64,000 nt of DNA from a virus, in the IMG/VR virus record IMGVR_UViG_3300014158_000003, positions 1-64,000 of that record. One strand, given 5' to 3'. Below the pieces are notes generated by a model. The model saw nothing but the letters and a program-made list of their open reading frames with translations, made no database searches and was not told where the DNA came from. Positions 50,953 through 63,599 of the stretch are shown here, in pieces. The position numbers and the translations under genes were made by a program. Each line of letters starts with the position of its first letter. Position 1 is the first letter of the stretch.

Positions 50953-51834
50953 GTGCACGTCGAGTCCTGGGAGAGCGTGACGCCGCCGAGGCGGTTCGCT
51001 CGGGCGCTGGGCCTCGCGGCCACGAGCGGTGGGCGCGCGACCCGCAACTCGGTCCTCGACGCCTTCGTCAAGGTGCAGTCGCCGTGGGAGGGCGTCGCGC
51101 ACGTCATGTACACCGACAAGCTCGGTCTGGTGACCACGGCGATCGGCTACTTGATTGATTCGAACAAGATCGCGACGCCGATGGCCGACATGAGCGGCTA
51201 CGGCCCGGCGCTCGTCATCCCCTGGGTGCACAAGTCCGACGGCAAGCCCGCGACGCAGGCCGAGATCATCCAGGACTGGCAGACGGTCAAGAGCGCGCAC
51301 AACCAGTCGGGCGGCTACGACCTGCCGAACGACAAGAAGATCACGCAGCTCGAGATCCCCGATCTGGTCGTGCAGGACCTGACCGCATCGCGGATGGCCG
51401 ACAACGAGAAGGTGCTGCTCCAGTCGTTTCCGAACTTCACGAGCTTCCCCGCCGACGCGCAGATGGCCATCCACGGCATGGCGTGGGCCATGGGCGCGGG
51501 GTTCGTGCCCGCCTACGGCTTTCACGCGTTCGCCGACGCCGCCAACCGCGGCGACTGGGCGACGGCGAAGGCGCACAGCGACTTCAAGGGCGTCTCGCCC
51601 GAACGCAAGGCGGGGCAGGACAAGATGTTCGACAACGCGGCCGCCGTCGTCGCGAATAAGCTCGACCCGGACAAGCTCTGGTACCCGCAGAGCGTCCCGA
51701 CGACGGCGATCGGTCACGCGCTCGCCCAGCTGCGGCGGCCGGCGGTCGCGGCGGCAGTCACGCTGGCCGTCGCGGCGGTCGGCGGCGGGATCTACCTGGC
51801 GACGCGCCCGGTGCCCAGGCGGGTGCCCGCGTGA
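50953..51834 (+). CDS. Membrane-anchored lysozyme (GH24-like)
   Basis: WEGVAHVMYTDKLGLVTTAIG; paralog of 25595-26308; C-terminal TM. Confidence 0.75.
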   Translation: MHVESWESVTPPRRFARALGLAATSGGRATRNSVLDAFVKVQSPWEGVAHVMYTDKLGLVTTAIGYLIDSNKIATPMADMSGYGPALVIPWVHKSDGKPATQAEIIQDWQTVKSAHNQSGGYDLPNDKKITQLEIPDLVVQDLTASRMADNEKVLLQSFPNFTSFPADAQMAIHGMAWAMGAGFVPAYGFHAFADAANRGDWATAKAHSDFKGVSPERKAGQDKMFDNAAAVVANKLDPDKLWYPQSVPTTAIGHALAQLRRPAVAAAVTLAVAAVGGGIYLATRPVPRRVPA

Positions 51835-52154
51835 ACCGCTCCGGCAAGTCCAGCCTCTCCGCGTTCAAGTGCCCGCTGTGCGGGTGCTCGGAGTGGGGAT
51901 CCAGCTACAACTTCGACGGGCCCGGCGACACGCCGGCCGACCCGAAGGCGACGGGGCTCGACCAGGGCGGCCGGTCGGCGCGGTTCGAGGGGACGTTCAC
52001 GCGGCACTGCCACGGCTACGTCCCCGCTCCCGACGGCAGCGGCTACAAGTCGTGCGGCTACAAGTGGAACTCGAAGGACGACGCGAAGCACGGGGTCGAG
52101 CCGCCGTCGCAGAAGAGCGTGCACGGCTGGACGCCGCCGAAGGTGCCGTCGTGA
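51831..52154 (+). CDS. Zn-ribbon-like small protein
   Basis: CPLCG ... CHG ... SCGYKW. Confidence 0.6.
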   Translation: MNRSGKSSLSAFKCPLCGCSEWGSSYNFDGPGDTPADPKATGLDQGGRSARFEGTFTRHCHGYVPAPDGSGYKSCGYKWNSKDDAKHGVEPPSQKSVHGWTPPKVPS

Positions 52155-53203
52155 GTCGCGAGCCCGCCCACCAGCGACCGGGCGCGCGCGTCCGGTACAA
52201 CTACACGGACGGCCCGGTCCCCGCGGGCACGTTGGGTACGATCCTCGGGTTTCTGCCGCGGAGCCAGCAGGCTCAGATCCGGTGGGACGACGACACCGTC
52301 AACAACCACACGCCCGACGAGTACGACGTGGTCCCGCGCGGGACGAGGCGACCGATTGGTGAAGCGCAAGACGTTCTCGCCGCCAAATATTTCGAACGCG
52401 GTGCTCGACTGCGTATCCGCAGCAAGGGGGCAAACGGGCAACCGTTCGAGGCGTTCTGGTTCTTGGTTCCGTCTGAGATGACTCCTGAGGAGGTTGCACT
52501 GCAGTTCGCGCAGACCGTGCAACCAGGCATGCTCCTCGAGATCGAGGAAGGCGGCGGTGTGAAGCGGACATTTCGGCAGAACGGTGACGGAACAGTCACG
52601 CCCGTACCGAACGTCTCTGGGCGCCTTCGGGAGATAGGTGAGTCACGCCGCCAGACGAAGTGGTCCGACTGGGACATCCTCGACGCCGTCGAGCGCCGCC
52701 ACGGGATGACGCCCGAGGCGAAAGCCCGCGCCTTCGAACTCATCGACCTCGGGTACATCGACGCGGCGGGGACGTGGGAGCTCACGCCCAGAGGGCGTCG
52801 CGCCTGGGAGCGCGACGCGCCGAAGGGTGGGTGGTCGAACAGGCACCAGCAGGCGCCCCGACTCGAAGCGCGTCGACAGATGCGCCGGCAAACCGTTCAC
52901 GCGGCACCCACTAGCGGCTGGACCTCCGGCAAGCGACCGAGCCACGCCGAGATCTGGGCGGACGGCAAGCCGATCACCGTCGCTAAATCCGGGCGCAAGT
53001 GGACGGTCACCGTCATGGGCCGACCCGTCGTCAACGGCGCGTCCGGCGGGCTCACGTTCGAGGGTCGCTCGGACTACGTCGACGGCCTCACACAGGCGAG
53101 GTTCAACAGCAAGGGCGACGCCGACTCCGTCGCGCACAAGATCGGCCGGTACATGCTCAACCTCGGTGACTTCGTCCACACGTACGTGGAGCACGTCGGA
53201 TGA
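52151..53203 (+). CDS. Multidomain hypothetical protein with basic linkers
   Basis: GTG at 52151; SH3-like N-terminus; several short domains. Confidence 0.6.
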   Translation: MSREPAHQRPGARVRYNYTDGPVPAGTLGTILGFLPRSQQAQIRWDDDTVNNHTPDEYDVVPRGTRRPIGEAQDVLAAKYFERGARLRIRSKGANGQPFEAFWFLVPSEMTPEEVALQFAQTVQPGMLLEIEEGGGVKRTFRQNGDGTVTPVPNVSGRLREIGESRRQTKWSDWDILDAVERRHGMTPEAKARAFELIDLGYIDAAGTWELTPRGRRAWERDAPKGGWSNRHQQAPRLEARRQMRRQTVHAAPTSGWTSGKRPSHAEIWADGKPITVAKSGRKWTVTVMGRPVVNGASGGLTFEGRSDYVDGLTQARFNSKGDADSVAHKIGRYMLNLGDFVHTYVEHVG

Positions 53204-53517
53204 CCGAGTCCGTCTCCCGCGGCGGCCGCCCGGCGCCAGGCTTCGCCCTGGGCGACGCGTCGCCCGCGTGCGCCGCGTGCCCCGCGGCGCTGCCGTCCGG
53301 GTCGAGCGCGGCGGCCCTGCTCGGCGGCGACTGGCGCGCGCTGCCGCTGGCCGTCGGGCACACGGCCCTGCGCGCGACGCTCGTCGGCGCGGGTCTCTAC
53401 CTCGCCGGCGAGCGCGATCCCAAGCGCCTGGTCAAGAACGCGGCGGCCGGCTCGCTCGCGATTGAGGCGTTCGTGCTCGGGTGGGCGGCTTGGAAGCTGA
53501 GGCATAGCGCGCCCTAG
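53200..53517 (+). CDS. Tagged small membrane protein
   Basis: MTESVSRGGRPAPGFALGD tag; hydrophobic helices. Confidence 0.7.
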   Translation: MTESVSRGGRPAPGFALGDASPACAACPAALPSGSSAAALLGGDWRALPLAVGHTALRATLVGAGLYLAGERDPKRLVKNAAAGSLAIEAFVLGWAAWKLRHSAP

Positions 53518-53541
53518 CGACTTGTACGGTAAGCTGCGCCG

Positions 53542-56511
<2,970 letters not shown>

Positions 56512-56515
56512 AGCG

Positions 56516-57841
56516 GTGACCTCTCCCGCAGTCGTCCAGTCGGCCGTCATCAACGCGGCTGGGCCGCCGATGACGGCGAACTTCTCGCTCGCGCAGACCG
56601 CCGGCAACTGGAACATCGTCGTCAGCGGCCCCCCGGGAGGGCAGAGTACCGGCATCCCGACGGACACCAGCGGCAACACCTACGAGCTGGCGGTCGTGAA
56701 CCTCGCTACCGCGGGGCAGTGCCAGGACGCGTACGTCTACGTCTGCAAGGGCATCAAGGCCGCCGGCGCCGGCGCCAACACCGTCTCGATCCCGTACGCC
56801 CCCGGCGGCGGGGGGGCCCCGCCCGACTGTCTGATCCTGGAGGTCAGCGGGGCCGCCGGCATCGGTGCTATCGCGGGCGCTGGTCAGAACAACAGCGGCG
56901 GCGGCTCCGTCTCGGTCTCGCTGACGACGCTGGCCTCTAGCTCGCTGGTGCTCGCCTGCGGGATGAGTGACAACGGGTGGGTCAGCGTCTCGGGATCATT
57001 TACCGAGGTGGCGCTCACGCCGGACACGTACGGTGGTGTCTGGCAGGACTCGGTCTCGACGCCGTCGACGGTCACGTGCAGCCTCACGCAGTCGGCCGGG
57101 TCGTGGTGCATCGCGGCGATCGAGCTGACGTCGGTCGCGCAGCCGGCGAGACCGTCGCCCGTACAGCAGATCAACGGGACCGGGCTATCGCAGACATTTT
57201 ACTCCGCGCAGAACGCCGGCGACTCGAACCTCTTCGTCGTGCAGCTCGGGGCGACGAGCACGCCCACGATCACGGTCGCGGACGACGCGAACGGCGCGTA
57301 CGACACCGCTTCGGCGCTCGAGTACAACCCGGCGAGCGGCCTGTACTTCCAGTTTTTCTGGTACCCGAACACCGCCGCCGCCGCCGCGGGAACGAACACC
57401 GTCACGGCCACCGTCACGGGCGGCGGCACGCTGTCCAACGAGTACACGTACGCGATCGAGGTCGCGGGCCTCGCGACGACGGGGACCTTCTACACCTCGG
57501 GGCAGACGTCGCAGAAGACGACGGCGTCCGGTTACACGCCGCCGGCCACCTCGGGCTCGTACGCGACCGCGAGCGCGTACCAATTCGCGCTCGCTTGGTT
57601 CTACAGCACGGGCGACGACATGCAGCAGGGCGCCGAGAGCAACTTGATCGGGTACCTGCCGAACGGCGGAGTAGCGGCCAATGGGCTCGAGTACCAGATC
57701 ACGGGGGCGAGCGGGTCGACTGTCCAAGCGACCGCCACCTTCCAGAGTTCGGCCGACGCGGTCTACGCGCAGATCGCCGGTTTCAACGCGGCGCCCGCGA
57801 CGACGACCTTCGACGCCGTCGGCTTTGGCGCCGAGGTCTGA
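56516..57841 (+). CDS. Beta-rich virion surface protein with two similar domains
   Basis: AQTAGN/AQNAGD, AAGAGANTV/AAAAGTNTV, LEVSG/IEVAG duplicated motifs. Confidence 0.7.
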   Translation: MTSPAVVQSAVINAAGPPMTANFSLAQTAGNWNIVVSGPPGGQSTGIPTDTSGNTYELAVVNLATAGQCQDAYVYVCKGIKAAGAGANTVSIPYAPGGGGAPPDCLILEVSGAAGIGAIAGAGQNNSGGGSVSVSLTTLASSSLVLACGMSDNGWVSVSGSFTEVALTPDTYGGVWQDSVSTPSTVTCSLTQSAGSWCIAAIELTSVAQPARPSPVQQINGTGLSQTFYSAQNAGDSNLFVVQLGATSTPTITVADDANGAYDTASALEYNPASGLYFQFFWYPNTAAAAAGTNTVTATVTGGGTLSNEYTYAIEVAGLATTGTFYTSGQTSQKTTASGYTPPATSGSYATASAYQFALAWFYSTGDDMQQGAESNLIGYLPNGGVAANGLEYQITGASGSTVQATATFQSSADAVYAQIAGFNAAPATTTFDAVGFGAEV

Positions 57842-57916
57842 AATTTTGGCCGCGGGAGACTCGATGTTCGGCTCTCCTGATAGCGCCGAGCACCGCTTGA
57901 CGTAGGCTCGTACCCT

Positions 57917-58882
57917 GTGGCGCGCCCCGGCCTGTTCGACACCGACGGCGTCCCGTGGGGCTGGTTCGACACCTGCGGCCAGGACCAGGGCTGGTTCGAC
58001 CGCGACCTGCTCACGTACCCGGCCGCCGTACCGCCGCCACCACCCCCGCCGAAACCGCGTCCGCGTCCGCGCCCAGTCGCCGGGGGCGGCGGCGGCGGGG
58101 GCGTCATCGTCCCATACTGCCCGCCCGACTGGCTGAAGCTCTTCTACACGGACCCGGACGCCCTGCCGGTCGAGTGCGACGACGAGCCGACCGAGATCGG
58201 GGCGGAAGCGGAGACCGACTACGCCCTGCTGTACCTGCCGGGCGGCGCCCGAGGGTCCCCCGTCCGCGCGCTCGCCTCCGGCGTCGTCGAGCGGGTCGTG
58301 GACAGCCGGGGGCGCACGGCGGTCGTGCTGACGGCCGCCGACGGCACGCGGTACTGGTACGCGGACCTCGGCCGCGTCGACGTCGCGCACGGCGCCCGCG
58401 TCGAGGTCGACCAGGTCATCGCGCGGACCAAGCCGGGCGCGCGGCCCATCCCGACGGTGGTCCCCGCGCCGGCGGCGCCCGCGGATCCGGCGAGCGCGCC
58501 CGCGCAGTCGCCGGTCGGCGCCCTGCCGGCCGGCCCCCCGAGTCCGGCGCCGAGACTGAAGCCGGCGCAGGTGGTGTTCGTCGAGGCCCCGCCGCCGGCC
58601 GAGGAGCCGAGCCGCCCACGCGTCGAGCCGCCTGCAGGACCGACCCGGCCCCCGGTCCAGCCCGGGGCCGTGGTGTGGATGCTCCTGCCGAAGCCCGGGA
58701 CCCAGCCGGAGCCTCCCCCGGCGCCGGCGGTCCGCGCGACCCCGATCCGCGACGCGATCCTGAGTCTGAGCCTCGTCGCCGCGCTGCTCTCCGCGGCCTA
58801 CTTGCTGGACCGCAGGGCGAAGGCGTCGCGGCAGAAGAGGGGGCGGAGGCGCAAGGGGCGCCCGGGTCGCCGGCGGTCGTGA
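57917..58882 (+). CDS. Degenerate M23 peptidase-like protein with C-terminal TM
   Basis: GSPVRALASGVV...GTRYWYADL..VDVAHGARVEVDQVIA; metal-binding His absent. Confidence 0.65.
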   Translation: MARPGLFDTDGVPWGWFDTCGQDQGWFDRDLLTYPAAVPPPPPPPKPRPRPRPVAGGGGGGGVIVPYCPPDWLKLFYTDPDALPVECDDEPTEIGAEAETDYALLYLPGGARGSPVRALASGVVERVVDSRGRTAVVLTAADGTRYWYADLGRVDVAHGARVEVDQVIARTKPGARPIPTVVPAPAAPADPASAPAQSPVGALPAGPPSPAPRLKPAQVVFVEAPPPAEEPSRPRVEPPAGPTRPPVQPGAVVWMLLPKPGTQPEPPPAPAVRATPIRDAILSLSLVAALLSAAYLLDRRAKASRQKRGRRRKGRPGRRRS

Positions 58883-58949
58883 GGCGCGGGGAAAAGCAGC
58901 GGTCACCGGAGCCGGAAGCTGGTAGGATCCCCGAAAAGGAGCGGCGCCC

Positions 58950-59267
58950 ATGGAGCACATCGTCAGAAACGGTCGCCCGGTCAGGTTCGGCCTGGGCGGC
59001 GTCAGTGACGCGGCGGCGCTCGCGCCCGTCTCCCAGAGAGTCGCCGCGAAGATCGCGTCCGTGGCGGTCGGCGCGCTGACGGTCGGCGTGCTCGGGACCA
59101 TGGTCGGGGCGGGCATCTCGCTCCTGGACACCAAGAAGCTGCGCCCCGCCACGGTGGGGCAGGGCGCGGCGGTGGGCGCCGCGCTCGGCGGCGCGATGGG
59201 CCTGTTCACGGAGGTGAGCGTCCGCACCGTCCCCGCTGCGGACGCGAAGGGCGGAGTGTCGACATGA
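58950..59267 (+). CDS. Tagged 2-TM membrane protein
   Basis: MEHIVRNGRPVRFGLG tag; AGGAG RBS. Confidence 0.75.
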   Translation: MEHIVRNGRPVRFGLGGVSDAAALAPVSQRVAAKIASVAVGALTVGVLGTMVGAGISLLDTKKLRPATVGQGAAVGAALGGAMGLFTEVSVRTVPAADAKGGVST

Positions 59268-61603
59268 GGAAGCACCTGATCGGGGCCGGTGAGAGCATCT
59301 CCAGGAACGGGCAGTCGGTCGGCCTGGGCCTCGCGTGCTGGCCGCGCGAGTGGGAGCCCGACCCCGGCGGCGGCCGGGTCGGCGACGTCGGCGTGGGCTT
59401 CCACTTCGACGTCGGCCACCTGATCAAGGGCGCGCTCAAGGACGTGGGCAAGGTCGCCTCCGCCCCGGTGCACATCGCGGTCGAGGCGGTGAAGGACCCG
59501 AAGAAGCTGATCCACGACATCGGCCACGTGGCCAAGGACGTGGTCAAGATCGAGAAGTTCGTGCTCGAACAGGCCGCGGGGATCTGCTCGCTCGTCCCCG
59601 GCCTCGGCACCGCGATCTCGACCGCCATCGCCGCCGGGCTCGCGGTGCTCGAGGGCGGCGGCGTGCTCGAGATCGCGATCAAGATCGCCTACGGCGCCAT
59701 CCCGATCCCGCCCGGCATCAAGACCTTCACGGACCTGGTGCTCGGGGCCGTGCTCGACATCGTGAGCGCGATCCTCAAGGAGGGCACCAACCTCGGCAAG
59801 GTTTTGGAGCGCCTCATCGCCGAGGAGATGGCCAAGGCGCTGCCGGACAACGTCCGGGCCGCGGGCACCACCATGCTCACCGCCCTCACGCCGACGGTGC
59901 TGCAGGCGCTGACCGGCAAGCTGCCCGGCCTGCCGTCGGCCTCGTCGGTCGCGTCGGCGGCGGGGCTACCGGCCGTCCCGTCGGTCTCCTCGATCGCGGC
60001 GGCGCTGCCGACGCCGTCGGTCCCGGGCGTCACCGGGGTCGGCGACAAGGTCGACGACTTCGTGGCCCAGCTGAAAGCGCAGTACGCGGCGATGAACTTG
60101 CCGGCGAGCGTCAAGTCGCAGACCGACCCGGTCTTCAACGCGCTCGTCTCGATGGTCCACTCGATGAACGTGGGCCCCGCGATCCTCCTGACCGTGCGCA
60201 CCGGGATCACCTCGAAGCTGCCCGCCGGCGTCGCGCGCGACGTGGGCCTGCACGTCTTCGACACGCTCGCGCACCTCATCCTGGGCAAGCTGTTCAAGGG
60301 CAAGCCGACGCAGGCCACCGTGACCACCGCGCTCACCCCGGCGCAGCTCACCGCCGTGCACCTCGCGGCCGCTCGCGGCGCGCCGCTGCCGGCGAGTGTC
60401 ACGCCGATCCCGCCGACGGTGGCCGCGTACAAGCCGATCGCCAAGGCCGAGGTGGCGCAGAGCACCGTCGTCTCGGTCCCGGTCATCGCGGTCGACAGCA
60501 GCCCCTACGGGCCCTACCCGCAGCCGAGCGCCGGCGCGACCCCGTCGACCGCGGCGCCCGCGATGGCGCCGCCGCCCGTGCCTGCTGTGAGTGCGTCGAC
60601 GCCGGCGACCGCCGCTGCCGCGCCCATGTCGACGCCGGCGGCCACGTCCCCAGCCGGCACGACCGCGGGCGTCGGCGAGAGCAGCTGCCCGCAGGAGCCG
60701 GTCCCGAGCGGCTGGCGCGTGTGGCAGGGTCCCGTGCCGCCCGAGCTCGTGCAGTTGGCCGTCGAGGTGCGCGACCACGTCCGGCAGTACCCGCGCGGCA
60801 CGATCGCCAAGACGGTCGACTACCGGGGATCCGCGGTCGCCGCCTTCGTGAGCAGCCACACGTGGACGTACCGCAACGGCCAGCTCGTCACCGGGATCTG
60901 CATCCCCGGCGTGTCGCTGCTGGTCCGGCCGACCGCGGACGTCGGCACCAGTCGCGGCGGCGGCGGTGGTGGTGGACGCGGCGGGGGTGGTGGTCGTGGC
61001 GGTGGCGGCGGTGGGGGGCACCCCGGGCGCCCGGGAGGGCGCGGTGGTTTCGACGGGTGGGCAGGCGGCCGGGGGCGCCCGTGGGGTCGGGGCGGCTACG
61101 GCTGGGGGTGGGGCGGCGCGTGGTGGCCGTACGTCGTCGTCACCAGCGACGCCGCGTGCGCGAGCTGGGGTGACCCGATCAGCTTCCCGGCGAAGCTGCT
61201 GTCGGCCGCGCGCGCGACGCTCACCGACTCGGGCTGGGCCCCGGTCGTCGTCCGCGGCTCGGACGGTGGGCTCTACCTGCTCAGCCTCGAGCCCGGCGTG
61301 CCGACGGGGGGGCCGGTCGCGCAGCTCGTCACGATCCGCCCGTGCGTCTCGGTGGGGGTCGGCGACGCGAACGACGACGTCCTCAAGGCGATGGCACTCG
61401 ATCTGCTCGGCCAACTGCAGCGCAGCGTACCGCAGGGCGCGACGCGCGCGGTGAAGAACTTCGCGCAGGCGTGGAACGCCGCGAGCGCCGACTCACAGAT
61501 CGACACCAGCGGCAAGTACACGCAGGAGACCGCGGCGGCGCTCAACGCGGCTTTGAGCGCGCTCGCGCCTGGATCAGGGTCGGCGCCGGCGGCCGTGCTC
61601 TAG
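59264..61603 (+). CDS. Tagged multidomain protein (amphipathic helices, RGG tract, PG-binding-like C-terminus)
   Basis: ESISRNGQSVGLGL tag; domains separated by GVG(D/E). Confidence 0.75.
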   Translation: MRKHLIGAGESISRNGQSVGLGLACWPREWEPDPGGGRVGDVGVGFHFDVGHLIKGALKDVGKVASAPVHIAVEAVKDPKKLIHDIGHVAKDVVKIEKFVLEQAAGICSLVPGLGTAISTAIAAGLAVLEGGGVLEIAIKIAYGAIPIPPGIKTFTDLVLGAVLDIVSAILKEGTNLGKVLERLIAEEMAKALPDNVRAAGTTMLTALTPTVLQALTGKLPGLPSASSVASAAGLPAVPSVSSIAAALPTPSVPGVTGVGDKVDDFVAQLKAQYAAMNLPASVKSQTDPVFNALVSMVHSMNVGPAILLTVRTGITSKLPAGVARDVGLHVFDTLAHLILGKLFKGKPTQATVTTALTPAQLTAVHLAAARGAPLPASVTPIPPTVAAYKPIAKAEVAQSTVVSVPVIAVDSSPYGPYPQPSAGATPSTAAPAMAPPPVPAVSASTPATAAAAPMSTPAATSPAGTTAGVGESSCPQEPVPSGWRVWQGPVPPELVQLAVEVRDHVRQYPRGTIAKTVDYRGSAVAAFVSSHTWTYRNGQLVTGICIPGVSLLVRPTADVGTSRGGGGGGGRGGGGGRGGGGGGGHPGRPGGRGGFDGWAGGRGRPWGRGGYGWGWGGAWWPYVVVTSDAACASWGDPISFPAKLLSAARATLTDSGWAPVVVRGSDGGLYLLSLEPGVPTGGPVAQLVTIRPCVSVGVGDANDDVLKAMALDLLGQLQRSVPQGATRAVKNFAQAWNAASADSQIDTSGKYTQETAAALNAALSALAPGSGSAPAAVL

Positions 61604-61624
61604 CCCAGGGATCAGAACCCCAAA

Positions 61625-62677
61625 ATGTCCAATCCGCGCGAGACGTGCCCGACCGGATCCGCCGGCCAAACCGGCCCGACCGGCCCGACCGGCGCGACCG
61701 GTCCGACCGGCGCGCCCGGTCCGACCGGCGCGCCCGGCTCGGCCAGCAACACCGGCGCGACCGGACCGACCGGGTTCACGGGGCCGACGGGCGTCCCGGG
61801 CTCCGCGACGAACACGGGTGCGACTGGGGCGACCGGCTTCACGGGGCCGACGGGTGCGACCGGAGCTCCGGGCTCGGCGACCAACACGGGCGCGACGGGG
61901 CCGACCGGCTCCACGGGGCCGACGGGTGCTCCGGGCACCGCCTCGAACACGGGAGCGACGGGGCCGACCGGGGTCGCCGGACCGACGGGGGCGACCGGCG
62001 CGACGGGGGCGACCGGCGCGCCTTCGAACGTCACCGGGCCCACCGGTTCGGGGAACACCGGACCGACGGGGCCCGCCGGTCCTCAGGGGACCGGAATGAC
62101 CGGGCCGACCGGGCCGACCGGGCCGGTCGGGGGGCCGACGGGACCGACCGGGGCGGCCGCGACCGGGTCTACGGGACCGACCGGCGCGACAGGGCCGAGC
62201 GTAGCGACGTCCATCTCGGGGACGGGGACCAACGAGTTCACCGGCGTCGGCACGCTCGTCGACATCACGTCCACCGAGACCGTGCTGGCGTCTGGAGACA
62301 CGTACGCGGTCAAGGGGTTCACCGGCGAGATCCAGACGCCCAGCGACGCGTTCGTGACCATCGCGTCGTTCACCCCTCCCACCAACTCCGCGGGCGACTG
62401 GTCTGTCACGCTCCTCGGCCTCGACGTCACGGGAGCGCCGCCGGTGCCCGGCAACTTCTACCGAGCCGACGTCACGTTCTCCCACGTGCGCGCCGCTGGC
62501 GCGCCGACGCTCTACCCGGCGACGCCCGCCGCGACCAACGTCGTGTCGAACGGGACGGGCTCGACGTACGCGGTCCAGGTCGTCCTGTCGGGCAACATCA
62601 TCGAGATCCAGGTCGCCGGCAACGCCGCCACGGACGTGGACTGGAGCGTCATCGGTCAGCTCCAAGCGGTGACCTGA
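61625..62677 (+). CDS. Short collagen-like fibre protein
   Basis: GPT repeats; C-terminal domain similar to that of the 12353-17851 protein. Confidence 0.85.
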   Translation: MSNPRETCPTGSAGQTGPTGPTGATGPTGAPGPTGAPGSASNTGATGPTGFTGPTGVPGSATNTGATGATGFTGPTGATGAPGSATNTGATGPTGSTGPTGAPGTASNTGATGPTGVAGPTGATGATGATGAPSNVTGPTGSGNTGPTGPAGPQGTGMTGPTGPTGPVGGPTGPTGAAATGSTGPTGATGPSVATSISGTGTNEFTGVGTLVDITSTETVLASGDTYAVKGFTGEIQTPSDAFVTIASFTPPTNSAGDWSVTLLGLDVTGAPPVPGNFYRADVTFSHVRAAGAPTLYPATPAATNVVSNGTGSTYAVQVVLSGNIIEIQVAGNAATDVDWSVIGQLQAVT

Positions 62678-62678
62678 C

Positions 62679-63506
62679 GTGCAGGTCGTCCATCCGGACC
62701 GGAGAATATGGACGCCGAGGCGAGCTAGCCCGTCGGCGGATGGGTTGTTGGCGGCTCCGCCGCCGCTCGGTCTGGGACTCAAGCAGCGGGTGAGCAAGGG
62801 GGCTTGGTACGACGCCCTGCTCAGCATCCCCGACTGCGTGCTCCTCATCGATGCCAGCACGAGCAGCAGCGTCACGCTCAGCGGTTCGCACGTGTCTGCG
62901 CTGGCCGATCTTTCGGGTCAAGGAAACAACTTCACCCAGGCTACTGGGGCAATGCAGCCACCGTACAACTTGACCGGCATCAACGGTCTGCCGTCCGTGG
63001 ACACGCGCGCAGCCGTGAGCCAGAAAATCATGGACTGCGTCAACCCAGGCACGTCGATATTGACTGGATCTGGGGCCACGTCCGTGATCGTCTTTGACCC
63101 GGTCGCCGCCGCATCCCAAGCGGGGATCGGGGCATTCTCAGAGCACTGGGGTAATACCGGTGTAGCTCAGGACCTATTTCCTTATACGGACGGAAATTTC
63201 TACGACACATGGTTCACGACCGTGCGAAAGGCGATCTCTGGGATCGTGCTGGGCAGCGCGTTCGCGTACGCCACCACCTCAGAGACTGGAAACTTCACGG
63301 CCTACCAAAACAACGTCCAAGTTTTCACTACGTCAAGCAACAGCACGGGATCGGACGGCAGCAACCCGAGCATGTTCGGCGATTCACTCGCGCAGGACGA
63401 CTGGTGGATGGGTCTATTCAGTCTCCGGGCTGCGTGGAATCGCGTCTTGACGTCGATTGAGTTGGGTCAAGTGCAGGCGGCCCTGTCCTCAAGGTTCGGT
63501 GTGTGA
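62679..63506 (+). CDS. LamG/ConA-like carbohydrate-binding virion protein
   Basis: IDAS....VSALADLSGQGNNFTQATGAMQP..INGLPSV...WNRVLT pattern; lower GC. Confidence 0.7.
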   Translation: MQVVHPDRRIWTPRRASPSADGLLAAPPPLGLGLKQRVSKGAWYDALLSIPDCVLLIDASTSSSVTLSGSHVSALADLSGQGNNFTQATGAMQPPYNLTGINGLPSVDTRAAVSQKIMDCVNPGTSILTGSGATSVIVFDPVAAASQAGIGAFSEHWGNTGVAQDLFPYTDGNFYDTWFTTVRKAISGIVLGSAFAYATTSETGNFTAYQNNVQVFTTSSNSTGSDGSNPSMFGDSLAQDDWWMGLFSLRAAWNRVLTSIELGQVQAALSSRFGV

Positions 63507-63599
63507 CGATGGATCAGAACTCTTACCAGTGCCGCGAGCCGATCGCCGCCCGCGCGAAGGCGCCCGGGCTGGCGGCGGCCGTGCTCTGAGGGGCGGGCC

